From: an uncultured Acidobacteriota bacterium
GTDB lineage: Bacteria > Acidobacteriota > UBA6911
Direction: 5' to 3'
DNA: 64,000 nt
Assembly (NCBI GenBank): GCA_963843575.1
Contig: CAWJKZ010000014.1
Location: 352,001 to 416,000, forward strand
Under the pieces are notes generated by a model. The model ran no database searches and had not been told where the DNA came from. It saw only the letters and a program-made list of their open reading frames with translations. This document shows, piece by piece, positions 41,107 to 50,767 of this stretch. Each line of letters opens with the position of its first letter. Position 1 is the stretch's first letter. A program made the translations under genes and the position numbers.

Positions 41107-41890
41107 GGATGCACGTTCCTTCCGTCAGGGTTCCGCTGACGAACGAGTTGAGGATTCCCGGGGTTGCACCGGGCAGGATGTACACGGCAGCGACACCGCA
41201 GTTCAAGGCCTCCAGACAGGAGCTCGTCTTTGGGAGCATGCCCCCGGAGAGAGCGCCTTCGCGCGTCATCGCGGCGACCCCTTCACGGGTGAGGCTGCGG
41301 ACTACGGCTCCCGTCGCGTCCTTCACCCCGGGGACGTCGGTGAGGTAGACGAGGGCCTCGCACCCGGTACCCCAGGCACAGACGGCGGCCATCTGGTCGG
41401 CATTGACGTTGAAGAGCTGCCCGTCGTCGCCGTACCCTATGCTCGAAACCACGGGGACCAGTCCGCCGCCGTGCAGCAGCTTGAACAGCGCCCGGTTGAC
41501 CGAAACCGGCTGCCCCACGTAGCCGAGGTCGGGAGGATATCCGGGCGACCCCGCCACGGAGCGGCAGCGGACCGCGGCTCCGTCGGCGCCGCAGATCCCG
41601 ATGGCCGAGCTGCCCATGACCTGCAGATCGGCCACCAGCGATTTGTTGACCTCGCCGGCGAGGACCATTACAGCGACGGCGAGAGTCTGGGCGTCGGTAA
41701 CCCGCAGCCCCTCCACGAAACGCGAGGGGATCTGCAGCTCGGCGAGCCGCCGGCTCAGGCTTTTTCCGCCGCCGTGGACGAGTATGATCTCGTGGCCGTC
41801 CCGTTCCAGTTCCGCGACCTGCGCGAGGATGGCGCGGCACAGGGTCGGCTCCTCCAGGAGGCTCCCGCCCAGTTTAACCGTGAAGCGCAA
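41093..41890 (-). CDS. argB: Acetylglutamate kinase
   Basis: VKLGG, VHGGG, GLRVTD, DLGYVG, NVNAD, TDVPGV, GGMLPK. Confidence 0.96.
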   Translation of the reverse strand: MRFTVKLGGSLLEEPTLCRAILAQVAELERDGHEIILVHGGGKSLSRRLAELQIPSRFVEGLRVTDAQTLAVAVMVLAGEVNKSLVADLQVMGSSAIGICGADGAAVRCRSVAGSPGYPPDLGYVGQPVSVNRALFKLLHGGGLVPVVSSIGYGDDGQLFNVNADQMAAVCAWGTGCEALVYLTDVPGVKDATGAVVRSLTREGVAAMTREGALSGGMLPKTSSCLEALNCGVAAVYILPGATPGILNSFVSGTLTEGTCIHADS

Positions 41891-42926
41891 GGCTCTCCCC
41901 CTCCCACAGGCCCGTGTCCTGTTCGAGTTCGTGCATCAGGTTGAAATTCTGGACCGCCTGGCCGGCGGCCCCCTTGACGAGGTTGTCGATCGCGCAGAAC
42001 AGGACTCCCCGGCGTCCCCCGCAGGTCAGTCGCCAGGCGATGTCGCAGAAGTTCGAGTGTACGACCGCCCGCAGCTGCGGCAACCGCGAGGCGCCCAGGA
42101 TGCGGACGAAGGGGTGCTTATCGTACCGGCGGTGGAACTCCGTCTCCAGCTCCTCGGAACCTATCGGCCGGTCGAACTTCACGTAGATGGTCGACAGCAT
42201 TCCTCGGTTGACCGGCAGCAGGTGCGGCACGAAGGTGAAGTTGTCGCCATCCCACCCGAGTTCCTGGCAGATTTCCGGGGCGTGCCTGTGGGTGATGGGG
42301 CTGTAGGGCCGGAAGTCCTCGGAAACCTCGCCGAAGAGCATGTCCACGCGGGCGGCGCGGCCGGCCCCGGTCACGCCCGACTTCGAGTCGCAGAAGATGT
42401 CGGACCCCGCCTCGAGCAGCCCGGACTTCACCAGGGGCAGGAGCGGCAGCAGCACCGAGGTCGGGTAACATCCCGGGTTGGCGACCAGGCGTGCCGCCGC
42501 GATCGCCTGGGCGTTCCACTCGGGCAGGCCGTAGACGGCCTGCTGCAGCAGCGCGCGGGCGGAGTGTTCGAAGCCGTACCACCGGGCATAGCTCTCGGGG
42601 TCGTGGAGGCGAAACGAGCCGCTCAGATCGACCACGCGGATTCCCTCGGAAAGGAACCGGGGCGCGAGCCGATGGGACACCTCGTTGGGCGTGCACAGGA
42701 ATACGGTGTCGACTCCGAGCGCGACCGCGACCGCAGGGTCCTGCGGCAGGCACTCCAGGTCCGACAGGCCGCGCAGTTCGGGGTGGATGTCCGCCAGCGG
42801 CTTGCGCCCCGTCGATTCAGAAGCCATGACGGCGCGGCAATCCATGCCGGAGTGGCGCAACGCCAGCCGGATGAGCTCGAGCCCCGAGTAGCCGGAAGCC
42901 CCGACGACGGCGACGGGAAATCTCAT
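41874..42926 (-). CDS. argC: N-acetyl-gamma-glutamyl-phosphate reductase
   Basis: VGASGYSG, DLSGSFR, YGLPE, ANPGCYPT, SGVTGAGR, HRHAPEI, IDNLVKGAAGQAVQN. Confidence 0.97.
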   Translation of the reverse strand: MRFPVAVVGASGYSGLELIRLALRHSGMDCRAVMASESTGRKPLADIHPELRGLSDLECLPQDPAVAVALGVDTVFLCTPNEVSHRLAPRFLSEGIRVVDLSGSFRLHDPESYARWYGFEHSARALLQQAVYGLPEWNAQAIAAARLVANPGCYPTSVLLPLLPLVKSGLLEAGSDIFCDSKSGVTGAGRAARVDMLFGEVSEDFRPYSPITHRHAPEICQELGWDGDNFTFVPHLLPVNRGMLSTIYVKFDRPIGSEELETEFHRRYDKHPFVRILGASRLPQLRAVVHSNFCDIAWRLTCGGRRGVLFCAIDNLVKGAAGQAVQNFNLMHELEQDTGLWEGESLALHG

Positions 42927-43366
42927 GAGAGGCATTCCTCGATGCGCTGCAACACCTGCTTGCCCTGCCGGGGGCTGCGCAGGAGCACGAACACCGTGTC
43001 GTCCCCCGCGACGGTGCCGATGATTTCGGGCCACTGGGCGGAGTCGAGCACGACGCCGAGCGCGTGACCGTTGCCCGGGGAGGTCTTGAGCACCACGATG
43101 TTGCCGGAGGAGTCGGTGCACACAACCAGCTGTTGCAGCGAGCGCCTCACGTGGTCGGGTCCCGCCGGGGCGTTCGCCCCCGTGGCGTGGTGGTAGATCC
43201 CGCGGATTTTCACCAGCCCCAGTTCCCTGACATCGCGCGAGAGGGTCGACTGGGTCACCTCGATCCCCTGGCCCCGGAGCAGTTCCGAGAGCCTCTCCTG
43301 GCTGGCGACGGGCAGCCGGCGCACGATCTCCACGATTCTCGCCTGCCGCGCTCTCTTAGAGATCAT
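42923..43366 (-). CDS. argR: Arginine repressor
   Basis: SQERL, VTQSTLSRDVRELGLVK, LKTSPGNG, GTVAGDDTV. Confidence 0.96.
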   Translation of the reverse strand: MISKRARQARIVEIVRRLPVASQERLSELLRGQGIEVTQSTLSRDVRELGLVKIRGIYHHATGANAPAGPDHVRRSLQQLVVCTDSSGNIVVLKTSPGNGHALGVVLDSAQWPEIIGTVAGDDTVFVLLRSPRQGKQVLQRIEECLS

Positions 43367-43375
43367 AGCGGTGGT

Positions 43376-43429
43376 TCCATATTTATGCAGCAAAAGCGCT
43401 AATTATACAGAGGGCGGCCCTCGCGGCAA
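43376..43429 (-). promoter_or_regulatory. arg operon promoter with tandem ARG boxes
   Basis: TTGCCG-16-TATAAT overlapped by TGTATAATTAGCGC (43409-43396) and followed by TGCATAAATATGGA (43389-43376). Confidence 0.7.
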
Positions 43430-43460
43430 GAGGAAATCGGGCCGGGCCCGGGGGGTCGCG

Positions 43461-45044
43461 TCACACGCGCGCCACCCGGGCCGCTCTCACCTGCGGCAGC
43501 GCCTGTATCTCGCGCAGCAGGCCGACCGGGATCTCTGAGTCGACGTTCACGACCCCGACCGCCTCCTTCGCCTGCTCGCTGCGTCCCAGCGCGAAGTTGG
43601 CGATGTTTATGGCGTGGTCGCCCAGGATCGTCCCCACGCGCCCAATCACCCCGGGCGTGTCGAGGTTGCAGATGATGAGCATGTCCCCCGACAGCGGGGC
43701 GTCCACGTCGATGCCGTTGAGGGAGACGAGGTGCAGGTGGTTTTTATGCAGGACGGTCCCCTCGACCCACTGCTCCCCCGCATCGGTCTTCAGCTTGACC
43801 GAAATCAGGTTGCTGTAGCTACGCTCGCGGGTGCTGCGGGTTTCGAGGAAGTGGATGCCGCGTTCCTTGGCCGTCGTCAGCGCGTTGACGAGGGTGACGC
43901 GTTCGGACAGGATCGGCTTGAGGACGCCGACCAGGATGGAGCTGCAGATCAGCGGCGTGTTCAGCTCCGTCAGCTCGCCGTAGTAGCGCACGCCGACTTC
44001 CTCCATCCTGCCGTTGGAGAGCTGGCTGGCGAAGCTCCCCAGCCGCTGTCCGAGCTCGAGATAGGGGGCGATCGTTTGGTATTCCGACAGCGACACAGAT
44101 GGGAAGTTCACCGCGTTGCGCACGATGCCGCCGACGAAGTAGTCGCGCACCTGCAGCGCCAGATCAACCCCCACCTTCTCCTGGGCTTCCACGGTCGACG
44201 CCCCGATGTGCGGCGTCGTGACTGTATTGGGCAGAGCGATGAGCTCCGGGTTGGGTTTCGGTTCGCCCGCGTAGACGTCCAGCGCGGCGCCGCCCAGGCG
44301 CCCCGACTTCAGGGCGTCGACAAGCGCCCCCTCGTCGACCAGGTCGCCCCGCGCGGCATTGATCAGGAAGGACCCCGGCTTCATCAGCGCCAGGGCCTCC
44401 GCGTTGATCAACTTGCGCGTGGACGGGTTCAGGGGAGCGTGCAGCGTCACGATCTCCGACTGCCGCAGCAGGTCCTCGAGGCTGACGAGTTTCACACCGA
44501 GGTCGCGGGCCACCGAATCGGAGACAAACGGGTCGAAGACGAGCACGTGGGTCTTGAAGCCCTGGGCCCTCTTGACGACCTCGGTGCCGATCTTGCCGAG
44601 CCCGACCACGCCGAGCACCTTGCCGTGCAACTCGGTCCCCATGAACTTCTGCCGCTCCCAGCGGCCGCCTTTGACGGACCCGTCGGCCTGCGCGATCTTG
44701 CGCAGCAGCGCCAGCATCAGGCCCATTGTGTGTTCGGCGGCGCTGATGCTGTTGCCGGCCGGGGTGTTCATGACGATGAGGCCGCGCCGTGTGGCCGCCG
44801 GCACGTCGATGTTGTCGACGCCCGTGCCGGCCCGGCCGATCACCCTCAGCATCGGTGCGGCTTCCATGAACGCGTCGGTGACCTTGGTCTTGCTGCGCAC
44901 CACCAGGGCTTCCGCAGTCGCGAGCGCGCGCTGCACCGCTTTCGGGTCGTCCCCGTACAGCTCGATCACCTCAAAACCTGCCTCGGCCTTCAGGGCGTCG
45001 ATCCCCGCCGGCGATATCTCTTCCAAAACCAGGATAGCTGTCAT
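43461..45044 (-). CDS. serA: D-3-phosphoglycerate dehydrogenase (ASB + ACT type)
   Basis: GRAGTGVDNID, NSISAAEHT, GLGKIG, INAARG, PHIGASTVEAQ, DTPGVIG...INIA. Confidence 0.96.
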   Translation of the reverse strand: MTAILVLEEISPAGIDALKAEAGFEVIELYGDDPKAVQRALATAEALVVRSKTKVTDAFMEAAPMLRVIGRAGTGVDNIDVPAATRRGLIVMNTPAGNSISAAEHTMGLMLALLRKIAQADGSVKGGRWERQKFMGTELHGKVLGVVGLGKIGTEVVKRAQGFKTHVLVFDPFVSDSVARDLGVKLVSLEDLLRQSEIVTLHAPLNPSTRKLINAEALALMKPGSFLINAARGDLVDEGALVDALKSGRLGGAALDVYAGEPKPNPELIALPNTVTTPHIGASTVEAQEKVGVDLALQVRDYFVGGIVRNAVNFPSVSLSEYQTIAPYLELGQRLGSFASQLSNGRMEEVGVRYYGELTELNTPLICSSILVGVLKPILSERVTLVNALTTAKERGIHFLETRSTRERSYSNLISVKLKTDAGEQWVEGTVLHKNHLHLVSLNGIDVDAPLSGDMLIICNLDTPGVIGRVGTILGDHAINIANFALGRSEQAKEAVGVVNVDSEIPVGLLREIQALPQVRAARVARV

Positions 45045-46198
45045 AGACGGTCTGCCTCTTCACGATAGAATTCCAGTGCCGCGCGCGTCCCGGAGCCCAG
45101 TCCGATGCCGCAGCCCGACTCCGTCAGGGCCAGTTCCAGGCAGCCGAGAATCCCGATCGTTTCGAAAAAGTCGAAGTAACCCAGGTGCCCTATCCGCAGC
45201 AGGTAAGGCTTCATGCTCCCCTGCCCCCCGGTCATGTGCACGCCGAACCGGGAGCGCATCGTCGAGAGGATGCGCGACGGCTCGATGCCCGGGACGAAGG
45301 CTGTGACCGCGTTTCCGGGGCGGCGCGGGAAGATCTTCATGCCCCAGCGGCTGACGGCGGCGCGCGTGGCGCCCGCCTGCAGCGCCGCGTTGGCAACCAG
45401 GTTGTCGACCCCGCCTCCCTCGAGAATCAGGCGCAGCGCCCGGTCGAGCCCCTGAACGATCGAGATGGCCGGCGTGTAGGCCGTCTGCGCCTCCCGCTGC
45501 GCCTTGCGTTCCTTGGCCAGATCGAAGTAGTACCGGGGGCGCCGGCACTTCTCGACGCGCTTCCAGGCGCGCTCGCTCAGCGAGATCATGGCCACGCCCG
45601 GCGGCACCATGAAGGCCTTTTGCGACCCGCCGACGACGACGTCCAGCCCCCAGGCGTCCGTCTCGAGCGGCATGGTGCCCAACCCGGTGATCGCGTCGAC
45701 CACGAGCGCGGTATGCTCCCGGCCGCGGACGAGCTTGCCGATGGCCTCCAAGTCCATCGCGGCCCCGGTCGACGTCTCGGTCGCCTGCACGAAGACGGCA
45801 GCGTAGTCTTTTCCGGATTGAAGTTCCTGGGCGACCTGCTCGGGTTCGATCGATTCGCCGTAGGGGACCTGGATCACGTCCGCTTCGAGGCCATAGGTCT
45901 TGGCGAGCTCGGTCCAGCGCTCGCCGAATTTCCCCGCAACGCCGACCAGGACGCGGTCGCCGGGGTCGGTCAGGTTGACGACCGCGGCCTCCATGGCGCC
46001 GCTGCCGGAGGAGGAAAGCACCAGCACCTCGTTTGCGGTCTTGTAGACCTGCTGCAGTCCTTTCTGCACGCGGCGGAACACCGCCTTGTAATCCTCCTTG
46101 CGATGGTGCATCGGGGCGACGAGCGCCTCGACCATCGCTTCGGGGAGGAGGGGGGTGGGACCCGGGGTAAACAGTCGCGGCTTGTTTAATGGCTTCAT
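45041..46198 (-). CDS. Class-V PLP aminotransferase (serine-pyruvate/alanine-glyoxylate family; probable phosphoserine aminotransferase)
   Basis: FTPGPTP, SGSGAMEAA, GKFGERW, ETSTG, VDAIT, GSQKAFMVPPG, RIGHLG; stop overlaps the serA start. Confidence 0.9.
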   Translation of the reverse strand: MKPLNKPRLFTPGPTPLLPEAMVEALVAPMHHRKEDYKAVFRRVQKGLQQVYKTANEVLVLSSSGSGAMEAAVVNLTDPGDRVLVGVAGKFGERWTELAKTYGLEADVIQVPYGESIEPEQVAQELQSGKDYAAVFVQATETSTGAAMDLEAIGKLVRGREHTALVVDAITGLGTMPLETDAWGLDVVVGGSQKAFMVPPGVAMISLSERAWKRVEKCRRPRYYFDLAKERKAQREAQTAYTPAISIVQGLDRALRLILEGGGVDNLVANAALQAGATRAAVSRWGMKIFPRRPGNAVTAFVPGIEPSRILSTMRSRFGVHMTGGQGSMKPYLLRIGHLGYFDFFETIGILGCLELALTESGCGIGLGSGTRAALEFYREEADRL

Positions 46199-46306
46199 GG
46201 CAGCGGCTCCGTCTGGATTATACGATGTGTTCAAACGCAGCTGAGGTCGCGGAGTATAACACATTCCCGAGCGTTCTCCGGGCATTGTCCTGCACTCACA
46301 GACCCA

Positions 46307-46413
46307 AAAAACTTGTCACGGAAGACACGGAAGAAACACGGAGGACACGAATGAGCATATTTTGTATTTCCGTGCTTTCCGTGTTTCTTCCGTGTCTTCC
46401 GTGACAAGTTTTT
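46307..46413. repeat. Long palindrome with perfect 36-bp arms built from CACGGA sub-repeats
   Basis: AAAAACTTGTCACGGAAGACACGGAAGAAACACGGA (46307-46342) and its exact reverse complement (46378-46413). Confidence 0.92.
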
Positions 46414-46516
46414 GTTTGTGTTTCGCATATTCACGGGCCGCGCACTGTGTCCGAACTTGATCTCGGGCCTGCGTTGCCTTAAGGTTCGTATTCTGCGCGC
46501 GGGGTGCGGCGGTCCT

Positions 46517-47800
46517 ATGTATTTCCTTTACTCGGTTCTGCTCGGGATCGGGGCGGTTCTCACGAGCCCGTATTGGCTCGTCAAGGCGCTCCGTGAGCGC
46601 AAGTACCTGGACAATGTCCTCGACCGCCTGAGCCTTGGGATGGCCGGCCTGCCGGAGGTCCCGACCCGGCCGCTGTGGATTCACGCCGTCTCGGTCGGAG
46701 AGGTGCTCGCCGCGAAGCCGTTGTACGCCAGTCTCCGCGAGGCTCGGCCGGAGATCCCGGTCGTCGTTTCCACCGTGACCGTCACGGGGCAGGCGCTGGC
46801 CCGCAAGGAATTCCCTCAAGCCGCCGCCATCATCTACTTTCCGTTCGACTGGGATTTCTGCGTCCGGCGCTTCCTGGCGCGGCTCGACCCGAGGGCGGTC
46901 GTGCTGCTCGAAACCGAGCTGTGGCCCAACTTTCTCCACAACTGCAACAGCCGCGGCATCCCCGTGTTTCTCGCCAATGGCAGGATCTCGGAGAGATCGC
47001 ACCGGCGCTACCGCCGGGTGCCGCGGGTAATGCGGGCCATGCTCTCGCAGGTGAGCTTGATCGCCGCGCAGAGCGCCGAGGACCGGCGCAGGTTCATCGA
47101 CCTGGGCGCGGTCGAAGAGCGCGTCCACACCACCGGCAACCTGAAGTTCGACTTTCCGCCGCCGCCCGTGGACTGCGACGCCGAGGGGCTGGGAGTGATC
47201 GCACGGGTGCTGGGCGTCACGCCCCAGACACCCGTCGTCGTCGTCGGCAGCAGTATGAAGGGGGAGGAGGAGCTCTTCGTAGGCGCCTTCAGGGAGGTGC
47301 GGCGGCGCTTTCCGAATGCCCGTCTCATCCTGGCTCCCCGTCACCCCGAGAGGTTTGACGAGGTCGCGGAGCTTCTCGGGCGGTCGGCGCTCCGGTTTGT
47401 CCGCCGCAGCCGTGCGGCGGACGCGGCGGACGGCGCGGCGGACCTCCTGCTGCTCGACACGATCGGCGAACTGCGCTCCGTGTACCGGCTGGCCTCGGTC
47501 GCGGTCATTGGCGGGAGTTTCGGCCCCTTCGGGGGGCACAACCTGCTCGAGCCAGCCGCGCTCGGCAAAGCCGTCATCATCGGACCCAGGATGTCCAATT
47601 TCAGCGACATGGCTGCGCTCTTCGTGCGCGAGCAGGCGGTCCGGCAGTGCGCCCCCGCAGAGCTCGCGGCCGCGCTCGGGGAACTGTTCGCCAACGACAG
47701 GGCGCGCGCCCTGCTGGGCCAGCGGGCCAGCCTCGTGTGCCGGCAGAACCAGGGAGCCGCCGCGAGCACACTTTCCCTGCTTACGCCCTGTTTGGGTTGA
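46517..47800 (+). CDS. waaA: Kdo transferase
   Basis: WIHAVSVGE, ETELWPN, NGRISERS, GNLKFD, APRHPERF, DTIGEL, GGHNLLEP. Confidence 0.96.
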   Translation: MYFLYSVLLGIGAVLTSPYWLVKALRERKYLDNVLDRLSLGMAGLPEVPTRPLWIHAVSVGEVLAAKPLYASLREARPEIPVVVSTVTVTGQALARKEFPQAAAIIYFPFDWDFCVRRFLARLDPRAVVLLETELWPNFLHNCNSRGIPVFLANGRISERSHRRYRRVPRVMRAMLSQVSLIAAQSAEDRRRFIDLGAVEERVHTTGNLKFDFPPPPVDCDAEGLGVIARVLGVTPQTPVVVVGSSMKGEEELFVGAFREVRRRFPNARLILAPRHPERFDEVAELLGRSALRFVRRSRAADAADGAADLLLLDTIGELRSVYRLASVAVIGGSFGPFGGHNLLEPAALGKAVIIGPRMSNFSDMAALFVREQAVRQCAPAELAAALGELFANDRARALLGQRASLVCRQNQGAAASTLSLLTPCLG

Positions 47801-47803
47801 ACA

Positions 47804-48850
47804 ATGTACGAGCCTCCTCGCTGCCTAGACCCGTTGCTCTGGGCCCCGGGTGTGCTCTATGGGGCCGCCGCAGCTTGCCGGAACCGTTTGTACTCGGCGG
47901 GGGTCCTGCGGGTCCGGAGGCTTTCCCGCCCCGTGATCAGCATCGGCAATCTCACGATGGGAGGGGCCGGGAAGACCCCGCTCGCGCTCCGCACGTGCGA
48001 GATCGTGCTCAAGCTCGGCGCGACGCCGGTCCTGCTCAGCCGCGGGTATGGCCGTTCCACGGCTGCCGCGCCGCGCATCTCTCCGCCGGGGGAGCCGTCG
48101 TCGGCCGACGCCGCCCTGCTGGGGGATGAACCCGCCGTCGTGCGCCGTCGTTGCCCCGATGCCTGGGTGGGGGTGGATGCGGACCGCTACCGCGCCGCGC
48201 GCGCCATCGAGGGCCGATGCCGCCGCCCGGTATTCATCCTCGACGACGGATTCCAGCACAGAAGCTTGTATCGCGACCTCGACATCGTCGTGATCGATGT
48301 CACTCAGCCCTTCGAAACCAACCGCATCCTGCCCCGCGGCTCGCTGCGCGAGCCTCTCTCCGGGCTGCGCCGCGCCGACGTCGTTCTGCTCAACGGACCC
48401 GCCGGGACGACGGTCTGCCCCGGCCCCTGGCTCGCACCCGGTGCTATGATTCTCCGGTGCACCCAGGAGATCAGTTCCGTGGTGCGCTTTGAGGCCTGGA
48501 TGGCGCGCGCCGACGACGCGGGAGCCCCTCCCCGTCGACGCCCCGTCTTCCTGGTCGCCGCAATCGGCAACCCGGAGCGCTTCCGGCGCGACGCCTGTCA
48601 GGCGGGGATGGAGGTGCGCGGCGCCAGGTTTTTCCGCGATCATCGCGCGCTAGACGCCGCGCGCTGGCAGTCGTGTATCGAAGAGGCGACGCGCGCGGGG
48701 GCCGCGGCGCTGCTGACGACGGAAAAGGACGCCGTCAAGCTCGACCGGCCGCCGGCGTTTCCCTTGTACGTCGCCGTGCAGGAGACCCGCATGCCAGAGC
48801 AGTCGCTTCTCGAGCGTACGCTCGAATCGGTCGTCGGGGCGGGCGCGTGA
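47804..48850 (+). CDS. lpxK: Tetraacyldisaccharide 4'-kinase
   Basis: VISIGNLTMGGAGKTP, LSRGYG, GDEP, LDDGFQH, PRGSLREP, TTEKDAVK. Confidence 0.96.
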   Translation: MYEPPRCLDPLLWAPGVLYGAAAACRNRLYSAGVLRVRRLSRPVISIGNLTMGGAGKTPLALRTCEIVLKLGATPVLLSRGYGRSTAAAPRISPPGEPSSADAALLGDEPAVVRRRCPDAWVGVDADRYRAARAIEGRCRRPVFILDDGFQHRSLYRDLDIVVIDVTQPFETNRILPRGSLREPLSGLRRADVVLLNGPAGTTVCPGPWLAPGAMILRCTQEISSVVRFEAWMARADDAGAPPRRRPVFLVAAIGNPERFRRDACQAGMEVRGARFFRDHRALDAARWQSCIEEATRAGAAALLTTEKDAVKLDRPPAFPLYVAVQETRMPEQSLLERTLESVVGAGA

Positions 48851-50046
48851 ACACCATCGATCCCGCCAAGATCGACCGCGTGCTGATCCGCGGCACGAAC
48901 TGGGTCGGCGACGCCGTGATGTCGGTGCCCGCACTCCGGGAGATCCGCCGCATTTTCGGCGGCGCCCGGATCTCGCTCATGGTGCGCCCCTGGGTGCGCG
49001 ACGTGTACTCGGCCGTCGATTTCGTCGACGAGGTCCTGGAGTACGACAAAACGGGGCCAGACCGCGGCTGGCGCGGCGCACTGCGGGTCGGGCACCAACT
49101 CCGCGCGCGACGTTTCGACCTCGCGATACTGCTTCAGAATGCGTTCGAGGCGGCATTCATCGCCTGGTGGGCCGGGATCCCCCGTCGGCTCGGATACGCG
49201 CGGGACGGGCGCGCCCTGCTCTTGACGCACGCCCCCGCCATAGACCCGGCGGTGCGCAAGGTTCACCAGTGTCACTACTACCTCGGAATCCTTTCCGGCG
49301 CGGGCCTGCTGCGGCAACGCCACTGGGAAACGACACCCAGCCCCCCTTCGATCTCGATAGGAGTGAGAGAATCCGACCGCGAGGCGGCCCGGGGCATGCT
49401 GCGCGCCGGCGGGGTCGAACCGGGGCACCTGGTCGTGGGCATCAATCCCGGGGCCTATTACGGAGGCGCCAAGCGCTGGCTATCGGAGCGCTACGCGCGG
49501 GTCGCCGACCTGCTCGCGGCCAGGCACGGCGCGCGCATCGTGATCTTCGGCGCCCCCAGCGAACGGCGCATCGCCGACGAGGTGGCCCGCCTGATGACCA
49601 CGCCGGCGCTGGTGCTCGCCGGCCGGACCACGCTAGGCCAGCTCATGGGCCTGATTGCGGAATGCGGGCTCCTGATCACCAACGATTCCGGCCCGATGCA
49701 CCTGGCCGCCGCCCTGGGCACGCCCCAGCTCGCCATTTTCGGCTCGACCAGCGAGATCGCCACCGGCCCCCTCAGCCCGCACGCACGGGTCGTCAAGAAG
49801 CAGGTCGACTGCAACCCCTGCTTCCTGCGGGAGTGTCCGATCGACTTTCGCTGCATGACGGGAATTTCGGTGGACGAGGTGGCGGCGGCGGCCTCCGAGA
49901 AGCTGGACGCAGCCGCGCGGATCTTGAGGATGAAAACCATCGCGGCCGGAAGCACGAGCCTGGGCCCGGAAGCATCCCCCCGGACATCCGATAGCCCCAC
50001 TCCGTTTCCGGCCCGCGATGTTCTCCTGAGTCGTTCGATAGCATAG
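48847..50046 (+). CDS. waaF: LPS heptosyltransferase II (GT9); true end may be near 49930
   Basis: GTG start overlaps the lpxK stop; NWVGDAVMS, NPGAYYGGAKRW, TNDSGPMHLAAA, CNPCFLREC. Confidence 0.9.
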   Translation: MNTIDPAKIDRVLIRGTNWVGDAVMSVPALREIRRIFGGARISLMVRPWVRDVYSAVDFVDEVLEYDKTGPDRGWRGALRVGHQLRARRFDLAILLQNAFEAAFIAWWAGIPRRLGYARDGRALLLTHAPAIDPAVRKVHQCHYYLGILSGAGLLRQRHWETTPSPPSISIGVRESDREAARGMLRAGGVEPGHLVVGINPGAYYGGAKRWLSERYARVADLLAARHGARIVIFGAPSERRIADEVARLMTTPALVLAGRTTLGQLMGLIAECGLLITNDSGPMHLAAALGTPQLAIFGSTSEIATGPLSPHARVVKKQVDCNPCFLRECPIDFRCMTGISVDEVAAAASEKLDAAARILRMKTIAAGSTSLGPEASPRTSDSPTPFPARDVLLSRSIA

Positions 50047-50186
50047 TGCCTTGGCCCGTTACCTTCTGTGATCCGTGTCACCCGGTTCGAGGAATCGCCG
50101 GCCGCGCCCGCGTCACCGCCAGGATGCATTTCCGTTGTGGGCGGGGCCTGTTCTTTGTTAAATTCACTGGTTTTCCGGAGCATGCG

Positions 50187-50767
50187 ATGCATCGAGCCGT
50201 CTTTCTTGACCGCGACGGGACGATCAACGAGGAAGTGGGATACGTCAACCACATCTCCCGGTTCAGGATGCTTCCCTGGTCCGCGCAGGCCATCCGCTCT
50301 CTGAACGAAGCCGGCTTCAAGGTGTTCCTCTTCAGCAACCAGTCCGGCATTGCGCGCGGTCACTTCCCTGAATCGCTGGTCCGGGAGGTGCACGCCGGCA
50401 TGGCCCGAGGAACTCGCCCGCGGGGGCGCGCATCTCGATGCGGTGTATTATTGCCCGCATCACCCGGAGGGGCGGGTCGACGAGTTCCGGCGGGTTTGCG
50501 ACTGTCGCAAGCCGAAAGCCGGGCATGCTCCTGCAGGCCGCACGCGATTGGGACCTCGACTTGGGCGCCTCTTTTGTCGGTCGGGGATAAGTATCTGGAT
50601 ATTCGGACCGGCCAGGCCGCCGGAACCCGCGGGCGTGCTGGTGCTGTCCGGTTACGGGCGGGGCGAAGCGCGAATATGAAAGGCACTTGTGGCCCCGCCC
50701 CCCGGATCACGTCGCCGAGCACGTGCTGGACGCCGCCGGGTGGATAATCGAGCGATTTCGCAGATGA
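50187..50767 (+). CDS. gmhB: D-glycero-D-manno-heptose-1,7-bisphosphate phosphatase (several indels)
   Basis: [29 protein letters not shown]...CDCRKP, VGDK..DI split over frames. Confidence 0.88.

Noticed and set aside
46311-46410. CACGGA repeats as a CRISPR array
   Set aside because: Units are 9-11 nt with no unique spacers, arranged as one palindrome, and no cas genes are present
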